Shown here one piece after another: positions 1 to 11,360 of a stretch of DNA of 64,000 bases. A program made the translations under genes and the position numbers. How positions within the stretch are numbered: the stretch's first letter is position 1; every line of letters begins with the position of its first letter. The stretch covers positions 310,001-374,000 of the forward strand of contig JASVEC010000011.1 of assembly GCA_030770535.1 (NCBI GenBank), given 5' to 3'. Source of the DNA: Batkoa obscura. Its lineage: Eukaryota. Below the pieces are notes generated by a model. That model was not told where the DNA came from. It did no database searches and was given only the letters and a program-made list of their open reading frames with translations.

Positions 1-25
1 TTTTGATTTTAATCAATATCGTAAT

Positions 26-820
26 ATGATTCAACAATCTTTAGAAGAAGGAGTACGTATTAATATGAGAATGCGATTTAGTTGTACCATATTTAAATAT
101 GATGCTTTAAGTTCAGCTCCATTATCCAGAGTGTGTTCCTCAAATGGTAACTATAAAAAAACCAAAAATTTAAAATCTCATGCTAGTTTATTATTTGGAG
201 ATGCAACTATAGATACCGAAGAAGAAGAAATAGCCATAACAAGTCCATTTCGTAGTGAATTTGGTTATAAAGGTTTTATTGAAGGTATGACTTATGAAAT
301 TTTAAATGATTTAGTAGTCGATCGAGGACCCTCCCCTTTTATGTCTCAATTAGAGTTATTTGGGGATGGGGAGTATTTAACTACTGTACAAGCAGATGGT
401 TTAACTGTGGCTACACCAACTGGTTCAACTGCTTATTCGTTAGCTGCGGGGGGTTCGTTAGTTCATCCAGAAATACCAGCTTTATTAATATCTCCAATTT
501 GTCCACATTCGCTTTCTTTTAGACCCATGCTATTACCAGATTCCATTACTTTGTGCATTTGTGTACCTTTTAGTTCAAGAGGTACGGCTTGGGCTTCTTT
601 CGATGGTAGAGGTAGAGTTGAACTTTCAAGAGGCGATTTTATTAGAGTTGTTGCATCTAAATTTCCTTTTCCTACTGTTTGTGCAGAAGGTACTCAATCA
701 AAAGATTGGTTTAATTCATTAAACAGATGCTTATTATGGAATCAAAGGTCGGTTCAAAAACCATTGGATGAGTCTTCACAAGGGGAAGAAGATTCTTCAG
801 AAGATATGGAAGAAGATTAA
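26..820 (+). CDS. ATP-NAD(H) kinase (Utr1/Yef1-like), C-terminal part; 5' portion lies upstream of the window
   Basis: ORF has NAD kinase motifs EILNDLVVDRGP, ADGLTVATPTGSTAYSLAAGGS, PICPHSLSFRP and SFDGR; the N-terminal GGDG region is absent, so the gene is 5'-partial. Confidence 0.93.
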   Translation: MIQQSLEEGVRINMRMRFSCTIFKYDALSSAPLSRVCSSNGNYKKTKNLKSHASLLFGDATIDTEEEEIAITSPFRSEFGYKGFIEGMTYEILNDLVVDRGPSPFMSQLELFGDGEYLTTVQADGLTVATPTGSTAYSLAAGGSLVHPEIPALLISPICPHSLSFRPMLLPDSITLCICVPFSSRGTAWASFDGRGRVELSRGDFIRVVASKFPFPTVCAEGTQSKDWFNSLNRCLLWNQRSVQKPLDESSQGEEDSSEDMEED

Positions 821-925
821 GGTGAATGTATTTAATTATAATAAAATTTATTCAAGTTATTAAATTATATAATATATATATACTAAAATGATAAATGGTA
901 AAAGTTATTAACAAAACTGTTTTGT

Positions 926-1087
926 TTATTTATTTTCTAATGATTTTTTGGAACAATTTTTAAATTGTTGAATTAAATGTTGACATTGGGTCATATCACC
1001 ATTATGTTTATCTAAACATTCTTTTAATTCTTGGACTTGACATGGGTTTAATTTAGTCGCTTCTTTAGTTGTTTCCTTTGGATCCAT
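926..1087 (-). CDS. 53-aa CHCH / twin-CX9C-like small protein (probable mitochondrial intermembrane space)
   Basis: Manual translation MDPKETTKEATKLNPCQVQELKECLDKHNGDMTQCQHLIQQFKNCSKKSLENK*; Cys spacing CX7C-X10-CX9C; AAA precedes the ATG; below the ORF-track length cutoff. Confidence 0.75.
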   Translation of the reverse strand: MDPKETTKEATKLNPCQVQELKECLDKHNGDMTQCQHLIQQFKNCSKKSLENK

Positions 1088-1263
1088 TTTAATCTAATTT
1101 AATTTATTATTATGTTTATTTAAAAAAGGATACTCTTTTTATCTTTTTTATCTTAAACTTTATCCTTCTTTCGAAGATAAAACAGAGCCAATAATACCTT
1201 TATAAAAAAAATCATATAAAAGTATAAATTTTGATAGTTTTATTAAGTTACTATCAGGTTAAA

Positions 1264-2819
1264 ATGGAAGCAGAACGTATAGATTTAAGTAAGTCTAAGC
1301 TCATCCTTAATAAAAAAACAAACCATACTTACTCAACCTTTAGCCCAACCTAGATATTCCCAAGCTACTTTTTTAGGAAGGTTAAAACATTTTATCGATG
1401 TAACTAATCCCAAGTAATATACATCTTCGTAACCAGTAACAAGAAAATTAAATCCTCCTTTAAAGAAATTTATTAGCTTCAAAACAACAAATATTAGATA
1501 GTCAAAAAATAGTTGATGACTATCAACAAGGAATTAATACTGAAACGGATATTGAAAAATTATGGAAAGCAAAAAAAATAGTAGATTCTTCCATTCATCC
1601 AGATACTAAAGAAATTATTTTTTTACCCTTTAGAATGGCTAGTTTTGTACCTGTAAGCTATTTAATTACTATATAATATTTTATCATCTACAATATTTTA
1701 TTATTATTATTATTATAACTAATAAACAACTAGACCAATTTAATAGTAACCGTTGGTTTATTATTACCCAATCCAACTACTGCTGGTATTATATTTTGGC
1801 AATGGGCAAATCAATCTTGTAATGTAGCTATTAATGTGAGTTATTTTATTTCTATTATAATCATTATATTAAAAGCTAAGCAAATTCTAACTAAAAAATT
1901 AGTGGGCTAACGCAAATAAAAGTGTACCCATGTCCTTACAAGAAACTGGGTTTGCTTATGGTTGTGCTGTTTTTGGTAAATATTATTAATGTTTTTTTTT
2001 ATAATTGAAATTGGAATTAAACTAACAATATTTTTTTCGATATAATTAGCTTCTGTTTCTATGGCCCTAGGTTTGACTGCTTTAGTAAAAAGAAGTAAAT
2101 TTAGTCCAGCAACAGCTAGTATATTAAACAAATGTGTACCATTTGCTTCTGTTGCTACCGCTTCTTCTTTAAATGTTATGTTAATGAGAGGAAAAGAGAT
2201 TGTGTAATGGTTTTATTATGTTTTTTATATAAAATGCATTAAAAACTAATTGATTTTTATAGTGAAGGTATTCATGTTTATGATAAAGATGGTAATATTG
2301 TCGGTAAGTCTAAAGTTGCTGGGGCTCATGCTATTGGCCAAGTAAGTTTATTTGAATTATGTTTTAACAATAGTTATTTATATTTTCTTAGGTTGCTGTA
2401 TCAAGAGTTTTAACAGGTAAAATTAAATTATTGTTATTATTATTATTAAATACTAAAATTTATTTAATCATTAGCCTTCCCTGCATTATTATTAGTAAGC
2501 TTACATAAAGTATTTTTTAAATAATAACTAATCATATTATTAGCCACCAATGATTTTAAGTGTATTAGAAAAAAAAAGCTTCTTAAAAAATAATCCAAGA
2601 TTATTTATACCAATTAATGCAGGTAAGATAGGATATTATTAACTTTATTACTATTCTAACAGTCATTATTTAGCTTTGGTAGCAGCATCCTTACTCACTG
2701 CTTTACCAGCAGCTATTGCTGTATTCCCACAAAGATCTCCAATTTCCATTGAGAAACTTGAATCGGAATTTAAAACACTTACTAAAGAAAAACAACTTTA
2801 TTTTAATAAGGGATTATGA
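1264..2819 (+). CDS. FSF1: Sideroflexin (mitochondrial carrier, Fsf1-like), about 10 introns
   Basis: Spliced exons give [82 protein letters not shown] and the C-terminal YFNKGL*. Confidence 0.93.
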
Positions 2820-2981
2820 ACTCAATAATTAAAAGTTTATAAAATAAAAAGATAAAAGTAGTTTATAGATTAATATTGAATAAAAAATACTATTTTGCAA
2901 GTTAATACTAGTATTATGATATCTTAAATTATTATTTTATTTATCTTTTAAATAAAAGAGTAAGAGAAATCAAGTTAACTT

Positions 2982-3664
2982 CTATCCTCCATAATTTAGT
3001 AGTGCATTAGCAAGCCCTTTTTTTGTTTTGTTGGCTTCTTGTACAGCACTAACTATTTCATTAATATTGGTCTCTAAAACCTAAAAAAATTACAAAATGT
3101 TACTTATATTAATATCTATATATATTTACCATTCCTCCGGAAATCATTTCATCTAATATTTGATGAACCTTAAAATAATTATTAACAATTATCAATTAAA
3201 TCTGAAACCTTATTTACTTCTTCAAAATGAAATATCTAATAAAAGTTAGTTAAAAAAGCATAAATATAATAAATCATTTTAAACTCTTACCAAGTCTAAT
3301 TCACAAACATTTTCAAAACAACGGTCCAAGGATTCAACAAATACTTGAATTAAGTCCAAAATCCCCAAGTCTGATTCTGAAGAATCAACCACAAAAATAA
3401 AATAAAGGGTAGCGTAATGACGATATATTACTCGAGTGTCTTTACCACCTATCAATTGACTTCCTTCTAAGAAGTTACATGCGGTATCTGGTCGTTTGGA
3501 TACTAAAGAAAATATTTCGTTCAATATTTCTTGTTGTTTTGGTACGGGCTAGATAAGGGTTAGTAATGGGGTGAGGATGAGGGTATATAGTTTACTATCT
3601 GTTGATAAAATTTCAATAACCTGGGTTTGCCATGATTGTTGAATATCAAGGCACACTGAATCAT
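2982..3664 (-). CDS. APS3: AP-3 adaptor complex sigma subunit
   Basis: Exons give MIQCALIFNNHGKPRLLKFY, IYRHYATLYF, SESDLGILDLIQVFVESLDRCFENVCELDL, IFHFEE, VHQILDEMISGGMVLETNINEI. Confidence 0.93.
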
Positions 3665-3781
3665 AACTGAAATGATAAAAATAAACGTAATTATTTTAAA
3701 AAAAACCAAAATTATGCACTAATTCTTGGTTATTTTTTAGCTTCTTTTCAGAATTGTTTTTTATTTTTTTATTTAAAATCA

Positions 3782-4291
3782 ATGAAAAAGAAAATTATAG
3801 CAAACTATTTTAAGCAAATTACTTTTTTAATCCATCCCGATTACTTTCAAAATGATATAACTAGAAAAAATATCAATCAATTAAGTTATTTAAAATTAAA
3901 ACAATATTTAGAACCTTTATTATCCAACGATAAAAAAGATATAAAAGAAGAAGAGTTAATCTCATTTTATAATAAACTCGATCAAAAATTTCATCAATTT
4001 AATTTAAAACCAGATATCAATACACAACAACAGATGTTAAGTCTAAACCCTAAATTAAAGAAAGAGTTTATTCTATTAAAGAGAGAATTAAAATTGTATG
4101 AGCTAAGTGAAAACTTGGAGATAAATGTTAATGAAAAGGATTTATTCAACGTAAAACACAGTCTGAAGAAATTATTAAATAATAACAAGGATAAAATCGA
4201 TATCCGGAAGCAATTTTTAATGGGTTTAAAAAAAGCTTTATTAAATCCAGACCAGAGGTTAGCTAACCTGATGGAAGCCAAAAAGAGTTAA
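3782..4291 (+). CDS. TCAIM/DUF4460-like protein with a J-domain-like HPD motif
   Basis: Intronless 169-aa ORF with FLIHPDYFQN...RKNINQLSY, resembling the DUF4460 N-terminal domain; shorter than animal TCAIM. Confidence 0.6.
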   Translation: MKKKIIANYFKQITFLIHPDYFQNDITRKNINQLSYLKLKQYLEPLLSNDKKDIKEEELISFYNKLDQKFHQFNLKPDINTQQQMLSLNPKLKKEFILLKRELKLYELSENLEINVNEKDLFNVKHSLKKLLNNNKDKIDIRKQFLMGLKKALLNPDQRLANLMEAKKS

Positions 4292-4292
4292 A

Positions 4293-5255
4293 TTACTTCT
4301 TTTTCTTTTCAGGCTCCAATTTTCGTTCTTTAGCTCCTAAACCTAATAATCGTGGTCGTTTTTTATTTTCATATACTTTTGGATCTCTATAAACAAATGT
4401 TAAAATTTTAAAATTTAATAAAATAAAACAGATTACTCTTTTGATTTTTTTAACCCAATACTTTCTCCATCTTTCCATCCCATCCCTCGAAGTAAAGCTG
4501 CTCCAAACTCTTCAATTGGTACATCTTCATAATCTTCTAATGTATTCTATCTAAAATTAGATCTATTATTAATAAAAGTTAATCAAATATTACCTCTTCT
4601 GGTGCATTTTCATATTCTTCCTTAAACGCTTCCTCTTCTGTTCTTTTCATTGGTATAACTCCTACTTTAACTTCTTTTTCCCCATTAACCTCTAAAAGCA
4701 AACATTATTATTTGAAAACTAAATGAAGTAATTTATTTTACCTTTCATTAACTCTCTTCTAGCTTGTTCTTCTAGAGATATTTCTTCTACTTTTACAGTA
4801 CTTATTTCAATCTCTTCTTCAACAGTAGTAGTCTCTACTTCTTTAGTTTTAGTGAATACATTTAACCCAAACTTTCTTTCTTTTTCTTCTACATTGAGCG
4901 TAGAATGAGTTTCTATTTCGCCTCTATTTATCAATTCTTCTGGTACATATGTTTTTATCTTTTTCTTCCATGCCGCTTCTTTGCCAGAAAATGGAATTAT
5001 CAGTGGTCCTTTTTCGACTTTTGGTGGTGCCAAACTAAACAATCATTAGCTTAAATTAATTATCAAAATAAATCCTAATTACCTTTCCACTTCATTACCA
5101 TTAAATCCTTTAATTAATTCCACCGTTTCAATTGGTTTGATTTCTTCTTTTTCGAATCCTTTTACTTTGAATGTAGCTTGTACTTTCTTTGCACTAAATT
5201 TACTTTTGAATCCCTTCTTTTCATTATTGTTATTGTTGTTTGGTTTTTGAAACAT
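4293..5255 (-). CDS. SPP2: Spp2/MOS2-type G-patch splicing factor, 4 introns
   Basis: Spliced product has GPLIIP and EDYEDVPIEEFGAALLRGMGWKDGESIG...RPRLLGLGAK, the Spp2-type G-patch. Confidence 0.88.
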
Positions 5256-5757
5256 GGTAAACTAATTTTTAAGTTATCTAGTTTACTAAAGAATATTTGC
5301 GTTTTTTTTTTGGTGCACAACTTAATGTTTGTTTTTTAAGCGTATATTCGCAGTTGCTTTGATGTTGATATCATACAAATTTAAATAACGAATAGATTAC
5401 TCTTCACTAGTATTATATTATCACTATTTATAAAGAAGTTATATCATGATTTTAAAAAGTTATTTGCTTTTAAATTACAGTCTCCGTATCTTGAATGTTT
5501 TATCGTTGGATTATTTATTTGAATGCCCAGAATTGAATTTACGCACTAACTATTATTTCCCAAAAAAGTTATTTCTTTCAAATGTTGTTTATCATTAACT
5601 AAAGTTCGATAAATCCTTACATTAATTTTTGCAGCACAACGAATGCAAAATATATGAATCCAACCAATTAAAATTTTTTAAGGGTTTATAAAAAACCGAC
5701 AAGCACATTAAAAGAATCAATCCCCATTTAGGTTCACCTTCTTTCACATTCATAAAA

Positions 5758-6123
5758 ATGTCTGCCGCCAAGGTTGCTAAGCCTACTAACAGCAAATTCG
5801 TTATTGATTGCTCTACCCCAGCTAAAGATGGTATCTTTGATGCTGCCGCTTTCGAAAAATTCTTACACGATCGCGTCAAGGTTGCTGGTCGTACCAACAA
5901 CCTCGGTAACAATGTTAAGATTTCTCGTTCCACTGATAACAAGCTTACCGTTACCTCTAAAGTTCCATTCGCTAAACGTTACTTCAAATATTTAACCAAG
6001 AAGTATTTAAAGAAACACAGCATCAGAGATTGGGTTCGTGTTGTTGCTACTAACAAGGCTACCTACAAATTACGTTATTATAACGTTGATAATAACCTCG
6101 GTGATGAGGAAGAAGAAGAATAA
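5758..6123 (+). CDS. RPL22: 60S ribosomal protein L22 (eL22), no intron in CDS
   Basis: FVIDCSTPAKDGIFDAAAFEKFL, FAKRYFKYLTKKYLKKHSIRDW, acidic tail; strongly biased codon usage. Confidence 0.97.
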   Translation: MSAAKVAKPTNSKFVIDCSTPAKDGIFDAAAFEKFLHDRVKVAGRTNNLGNNVKISRSTDNKLTVTSKVPFAKRYFKYLTKKYLKKHSIRDWVRVVATNKATYKLRYYNVDNNLGDEEEEE

Positions 6124-8074
6124 AGTGTTAGGCTTTAAATAATTTAACTAACAATAAAAAATAGTTTGGTTTAAAATTTTTATTTTGTCTTTTATAAAAG
6201 GTGCGACCGCTACGAACCTTCTTTATATTTATATAAAGAAAATCACAAAGCATTTTTAACATATTTATATGTTTTTTATTATTATTGACTTATTTCAGCT
6301 ATAGTAATTTCGCAATGTAAATGGTGGAGATGTTTTATAATCCGCCAAAGGTTGATGTTATAAGGAATTTGGGGGATTAGTAGATGAATTATGGATGAAT
6401 ATTAAATGGAACTGGATTGAAAGCTATTCGAAAATAGTATGAAATGAAGTATATAAACTGGAGTTTAAATTGAAACGTTATATAGATGCGAATCTATTTT
6501 ATTAGAATGTAAAAAGAATGAGCGAACTTGATAGAAGCGATTATTTCAATTTCAATGTATATAAATATGAGAGTTTTTTGAAACTACTTGGGAAGATAAT
6601 GTGTTAAGTTATAGGAAGAATAAGGATAGTGACTTTTAATTTTTATAATAAGACGCGAATGTAAAACAAACGAACAGATTAACAAAGCTATGGGTTTATA
6701 AAGGAGACTAGATTTTGATGAACTATGTAACAACCCGATTATGTTATAGTTTTAAGAGGGTTGGATTTCTTCTTAATATAAACAGAGTATGGCCATAAAC
6801 TATCCCTAATTTATTTCAATAGTTTAAGGTATATAGGTCAAAGTGACCAAAGGATAATAATTTCACACAAAAGTTGTAACATTGAAGTAATTGCTAATAT
6901 TACAAGTGAATCTATGCAAAAAAATTACAAGAAAAAAAAGATGATATTAGTACGATTTTCTATAAATTGCTACTTCATCGAGTTTCAATTAACATTGATA
7001 TCCTATTTTAATGTGCTTATTGCTGCCTACTATTTTAATACAAATCTCAAGACAAAATAGCCATATTAATCATAAAAGATTGGGAAAATTATGTCAAAAT
7101 ATCTTACAAAGGTTTGGAAGTTTATTTTTAGGCTATTATCACTTCAGTATGGTGTATAATATTAAATGCTAGCTGAGTATTGTTCCCATATAAAAACATA
7201 CTTTACACATATTATGTATACGGTGAACTTTAATTAAAAATAAGGCTTTAGCCGATTATTATTATAAAATGTTATTTTTAACTACTACTGTGGTAACCCC
7301 TTGAACATATCTGTTTAATGTAGACACTTTTAAGTTTTCACAATAAAAAATTTATATATACGTTTAACTATTATTTTATTATTACTGAATTTCTTTTGAT
7401 TTATTTCTATAAAATTATATAAAGCTCTGGTAAATTTCAAAAAGTAAAAGTACATGATAGTATATTGAATTGAATCAGTATAATATTTATCTTAATATTA
7501 TAATAATTGCATTAGTCTTTTATATTTATATTCTAATCATTTTATGATAGTTTTAATTTTGATTTTTAGAATCAAATTAACAGACAAACTACTATAAATG
7601 CAATAAATTTATATTTTTATTTAGAACATACATTTTATAAAATATAATACGCACTGGTGTCATATTTAAACTGGACTAGGAACTTCAAAGCATAAAAATA
7701 ATAACTCATTCGTATATAAGCTAATAGGTGTGGCGCCTAGTACGCTTCCTCAGAAGTTAAATAAAAGTGAGCTACTATAATCAATACCTACAGCTTATAC
7801 AATACTATGTATATAAACCAAATCCCTCATTATTTTACACCACATACTTATAGGCCAGCTTAAAGTTTTAAACTAGACTTCATATTGATAATATTAATCA
7901 AGCTAAAAATTTAACTGATGTTAAACTATTTCAAACTCCATTGCTATTTTTTTCATAACAAAAATTACCAATTAAAACATCCCATAGAATCAACTTCAAA
8001 CACCAATCAAAGCTAAGCATCGAACTTGACAACAATTTAAAATTTTGTAAGCTTTGTTAAATTGATTGAAAAGG

Positions 8075-10087
8075 ATGAGCGCTAAAGTACAAACAACCCG
8101 TGCATTTCAAGATAAAAGCAAACCTGTTGAAGTTAGATTATCTAACATTATTTCCGCCAAAGGTAAGTATATTTCTTCATAAAACAACGTCGTTTAATAA
8201 TTTTTACAGCCGTTAGCGATGCCATTCGTACCAGTTTAGGTCCAAAAGGTATGGACAAAATGGTAAATGATTAAAAAAACCAATATATGCAAAACTAAAA
8301 TATAAAAAAGATTAAAACTAGTTCTGGGGAGGTACTCATTACAAATGATGGTGCCACCATCTTAAAGCATATGGCCGTAATGCACCCAGCAGCAAAGATG
8401 GTACTTATTTTAAAATTTCAATCACTAAGCTAATTTTTAGTTAGTAGACTTATCAGCAGCTCAAGATGTTGAGGCTGGAGATGGCACCACTTCCGTCGTT
8501 GTTTTAGCTGGTAGCTTATTAGCTGCTGCTGAAAAATTACTTAACAAAGGTAAAACTAATTTAAAAATATTATGGGATTAGTTTTAATGAGATTAAATAG
8601 GCATTCACCCAACTGTTATTGCTGAGTCATTTTCAAATGCAGCTGCCAAAGCTTCCGAGTTTTTGTCCGATATGGCTACCCCTATTGATCTCTCAAACAG
8701 AGATTTATTATTGAAAAGTGCCAGTACTTCTTTGAATTCTAAGGTAAATGAGTTTTCAATGATAGATTCATTTTCTAATTTTATTTTAGATCGTTTCTCA
8801 ATACTCTTCTTTACTTGCCCCAATTGCTGTAGACTCTATTTTAAGAGTCATAGATCCCTCTGTTGATCACTCCGTTGATTTAAGGGATATCCGCTTAGTT
8901 AAGAAAGTAGGCGGTACTATTGATGATACTGAATTACTATCTGGACTTGCATTAACACAAAATGCTATTCGCTCTGCTGGTGGACCAAGTCGCATCGAAA
9001 AAGCAAAGATTGCTTTAATTCAATTCCAATTATCTGCGCCTAAACCAGATGTAAATCCAAGCTTTTAATTATATTATAATATTTATTTAATTTATTCTAG
9101 ATGGAAAATCAAATTATTGTAAATGATTACCGCCAAATGGATAAAATTTTGAAAGAAGAAAGACAATATTTATTAAACATGTGTAAAAAGATTAAAAAGA
9201 GTGGAGCTAATGTTATTTTAATTCAAAAGAGTATACTTCGTGATGCAGTCAATGAACTTTCTCTTCATTTCATGGCCAAATTAAAGATTATGGTCATCAA
9301 AGATATTGAAAGGGATGAAGTTGAATTTATATGTAAGAGTACTGGTTGTAAACCCATTGCTGATATCGAATCCTTCAATGAAGATAAATTGGGTTATGCA
9401 GACTTAGTTGAAGAAGTAGATTCCATGGGCTCAAAGGTTGTTAAATTTATTGGAGTCAAAAACCCTGGTAAAACAGTTTCCATTATCTGTCACGGAGCCA
9501 ATCAATTGGTTTTAGATGAATCTGAACGTTCTCTTCACGATGCTTTATGTGTTGTCCGTTGTCTTGTTAAAAAGAGGTAATGGTAACAAATATAATATAA
9601 TGTAAATTTAATCCCCTATTTTAGAGCTTTAATTGCTGGTGGTGGTGCCCCTGAAGTTGAAGCTTCTCTTCGTATTATGCAATACGCTAAATCAATGAAG
9701 GGTATGGAAGCTTATTGCTTTGAAGCTTTTGCAGAAGCCTTAGAAATCATTCCAGCTACATTAGCTGAAAATGCAGGTCTTGATTCAATTAAGATTGTTA
9801 CTGAGTTACGTAATCGTCATGCTAAAGGTGAAAAAACTGCTGGTATCAATGTTAGAAAGGTAAATTTAATAAATGAAGTTTGATGCTCTTTACTTAATTA
9901 ACTAGGGTATGATCACCAATATCTTGGAAGAAAATGTTGTCCAGCCTCTTTTGGTTTCTACTTCAGCTATTGAGCTTGCTACTGAGGCTGTCCGTATGAT
10001 CCTTAAGATTGATGATATTGTAAGTTGATTTATCATTTACTGGATTATTTTTAATATTTACCATCCTTTTAGGTTACCACCCGATAG
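8075..10087 (+). CDS. CCT4: T-complex protein 1 subunit delta (CCT4)
   Basis: [98 protein letters not shown]. Confidence 0.97.
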
Positions 10088-10166
10088 ATAAAATAAAGAT
10101 TATTAGTGCATTTGATTTGTATCTTTAATAAAAAAATAACTCTTTTCAAGTTTATAAAAAATTTTT

Positions 10167-10250
10167 GGGATTTTTTTTGTTTCATTTATTTTTCCATTTT
10201 TTAAGCGCTATCGAATAGAAAAGTTAGAGTCCTTAAAAAAAGGCATGGCC
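10167..10250 (+). mobile_element. Degenerate copy of the ~99-bp MITE family
   Basis: GGGATTTTTTTTGTTTCATTTATTTTTCCATTTTTTAAGCGCTAT matches the left half of the copy at 23875; the right half is eroded. Confidence 0.6.
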
Positions 10251-10826
10251 TTGCGTTAAATTTGTTCTTGTATTTGTTTTAGCTGTGATATTGTATAGTA
10301 GAGGTTGGATTAATGAAATAAAGTTACAAACTTTCAAAGTTAAATTAAATGGATATTTTATATAATGTATATAGCAACCGATTAAATTACAATAATTAAT
10401 GACATAAAACCATCAAAATATTGCGAATCTATTCTTTAATTTAATCTGCTATTTCCGAATATTCATGAAGCTAAATTTAACAATCTCGTAAATGAAATAT
10501 AAAAATCAGCCATCAAAAATTGCTACAAATACGAAATAAACTTAAATAGGCATAACTTTTAACAAGATAGCTATTTAACAAATACACAAATAAATAACCT
10601 CAAAGCTTGTTAATAATAATTTATTATTTCCGAAATTATTTTCTAAGCCGAAAATTCCATTCTAGACTTTTAATATATGAACTGTTCTAACATTCTAAGA
10701 AATAACATTCTTTTTAGCAAAAAAAAAGTGACTATATCTAGCTTTCACACCACTGTTTTGTATATATATCGAAAATTGTATATATAAAAGTTTAATTTAT
10801 TTAAAATTAATAAACCACGATAATTT

Positions 10827-10924
10827 GAGGATGTTTTTTTGGTTTCATTATTTTTTCCATTTTTTAAGTGCTATTTGAGCGGAAAGATTGTTAGCAAAAT
10901 TCTTAAACAAGAAAATACACTTCC
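10827..10924 (+). mobile_element. MITE copy with ATTT target-site duplication
   Basis: GAGGATGTTTTTTTGGTTTCATTA...TTTGAGCGGAAAGATTGTTAGCAAAATTCTTAAACAAGAAAATACACTTCC, flanked by ATTT at 10823-10826 and 10925-10928. Confidence 0.85.
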
Positions 10925-11360
10925 ATTTGTTAATTTTGATAAAAATAACCAGTTATTAGAATGTGTTATTGTAATAAATCATACAAAATGATATATAAAA
11001 AATCAAATGTTAAACCTGCTTTTAAATACACTGAATGGAGTACCATTTATTAATAAATATTTAACAATCACATTATAGAAACTTTAATAAAAATATCTTT
11101 ATGGTTGAAAATCTACCTCTTTTAAAAAGTATAAATACTGCCAAATATAGTATATTTCCCCTATAAATTCCACCTTTAAAACATGAATGCAAAAGAAATC
11201 CATTCCCTTGAATGGATTTTTTTAATTGGCTAAAGTACTAGTTTATTCTTACATTGACTATTTTGCTTTTAGTCTATAAAAGCAAACTCGAACTGTAAAA
11301 ATATCTTATCTTTTGTAAAAGCTGCCTTACCAAATATACCAACACCGATAGCTATTTAAA

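Noticed and set aside
6121..6138. Stop-codon readthrough of RPL22 adding SVRL as a cryptic PTS1
   Set aside because: TAA-A is not a leaky context (TGA-CTA is) and VRL is a poor PTS1.
6198..6240. Small GC patch and 10-bp palindrome downstream of RPL22, and a TAGGTG..CGCCTAG hairpin near 7726-7741, as possible Helitron ends
   Set aside because: Hairpin-to-CTRR spacing is not canonical, no matching 5' TC end was found, and there is no second copy in the window.
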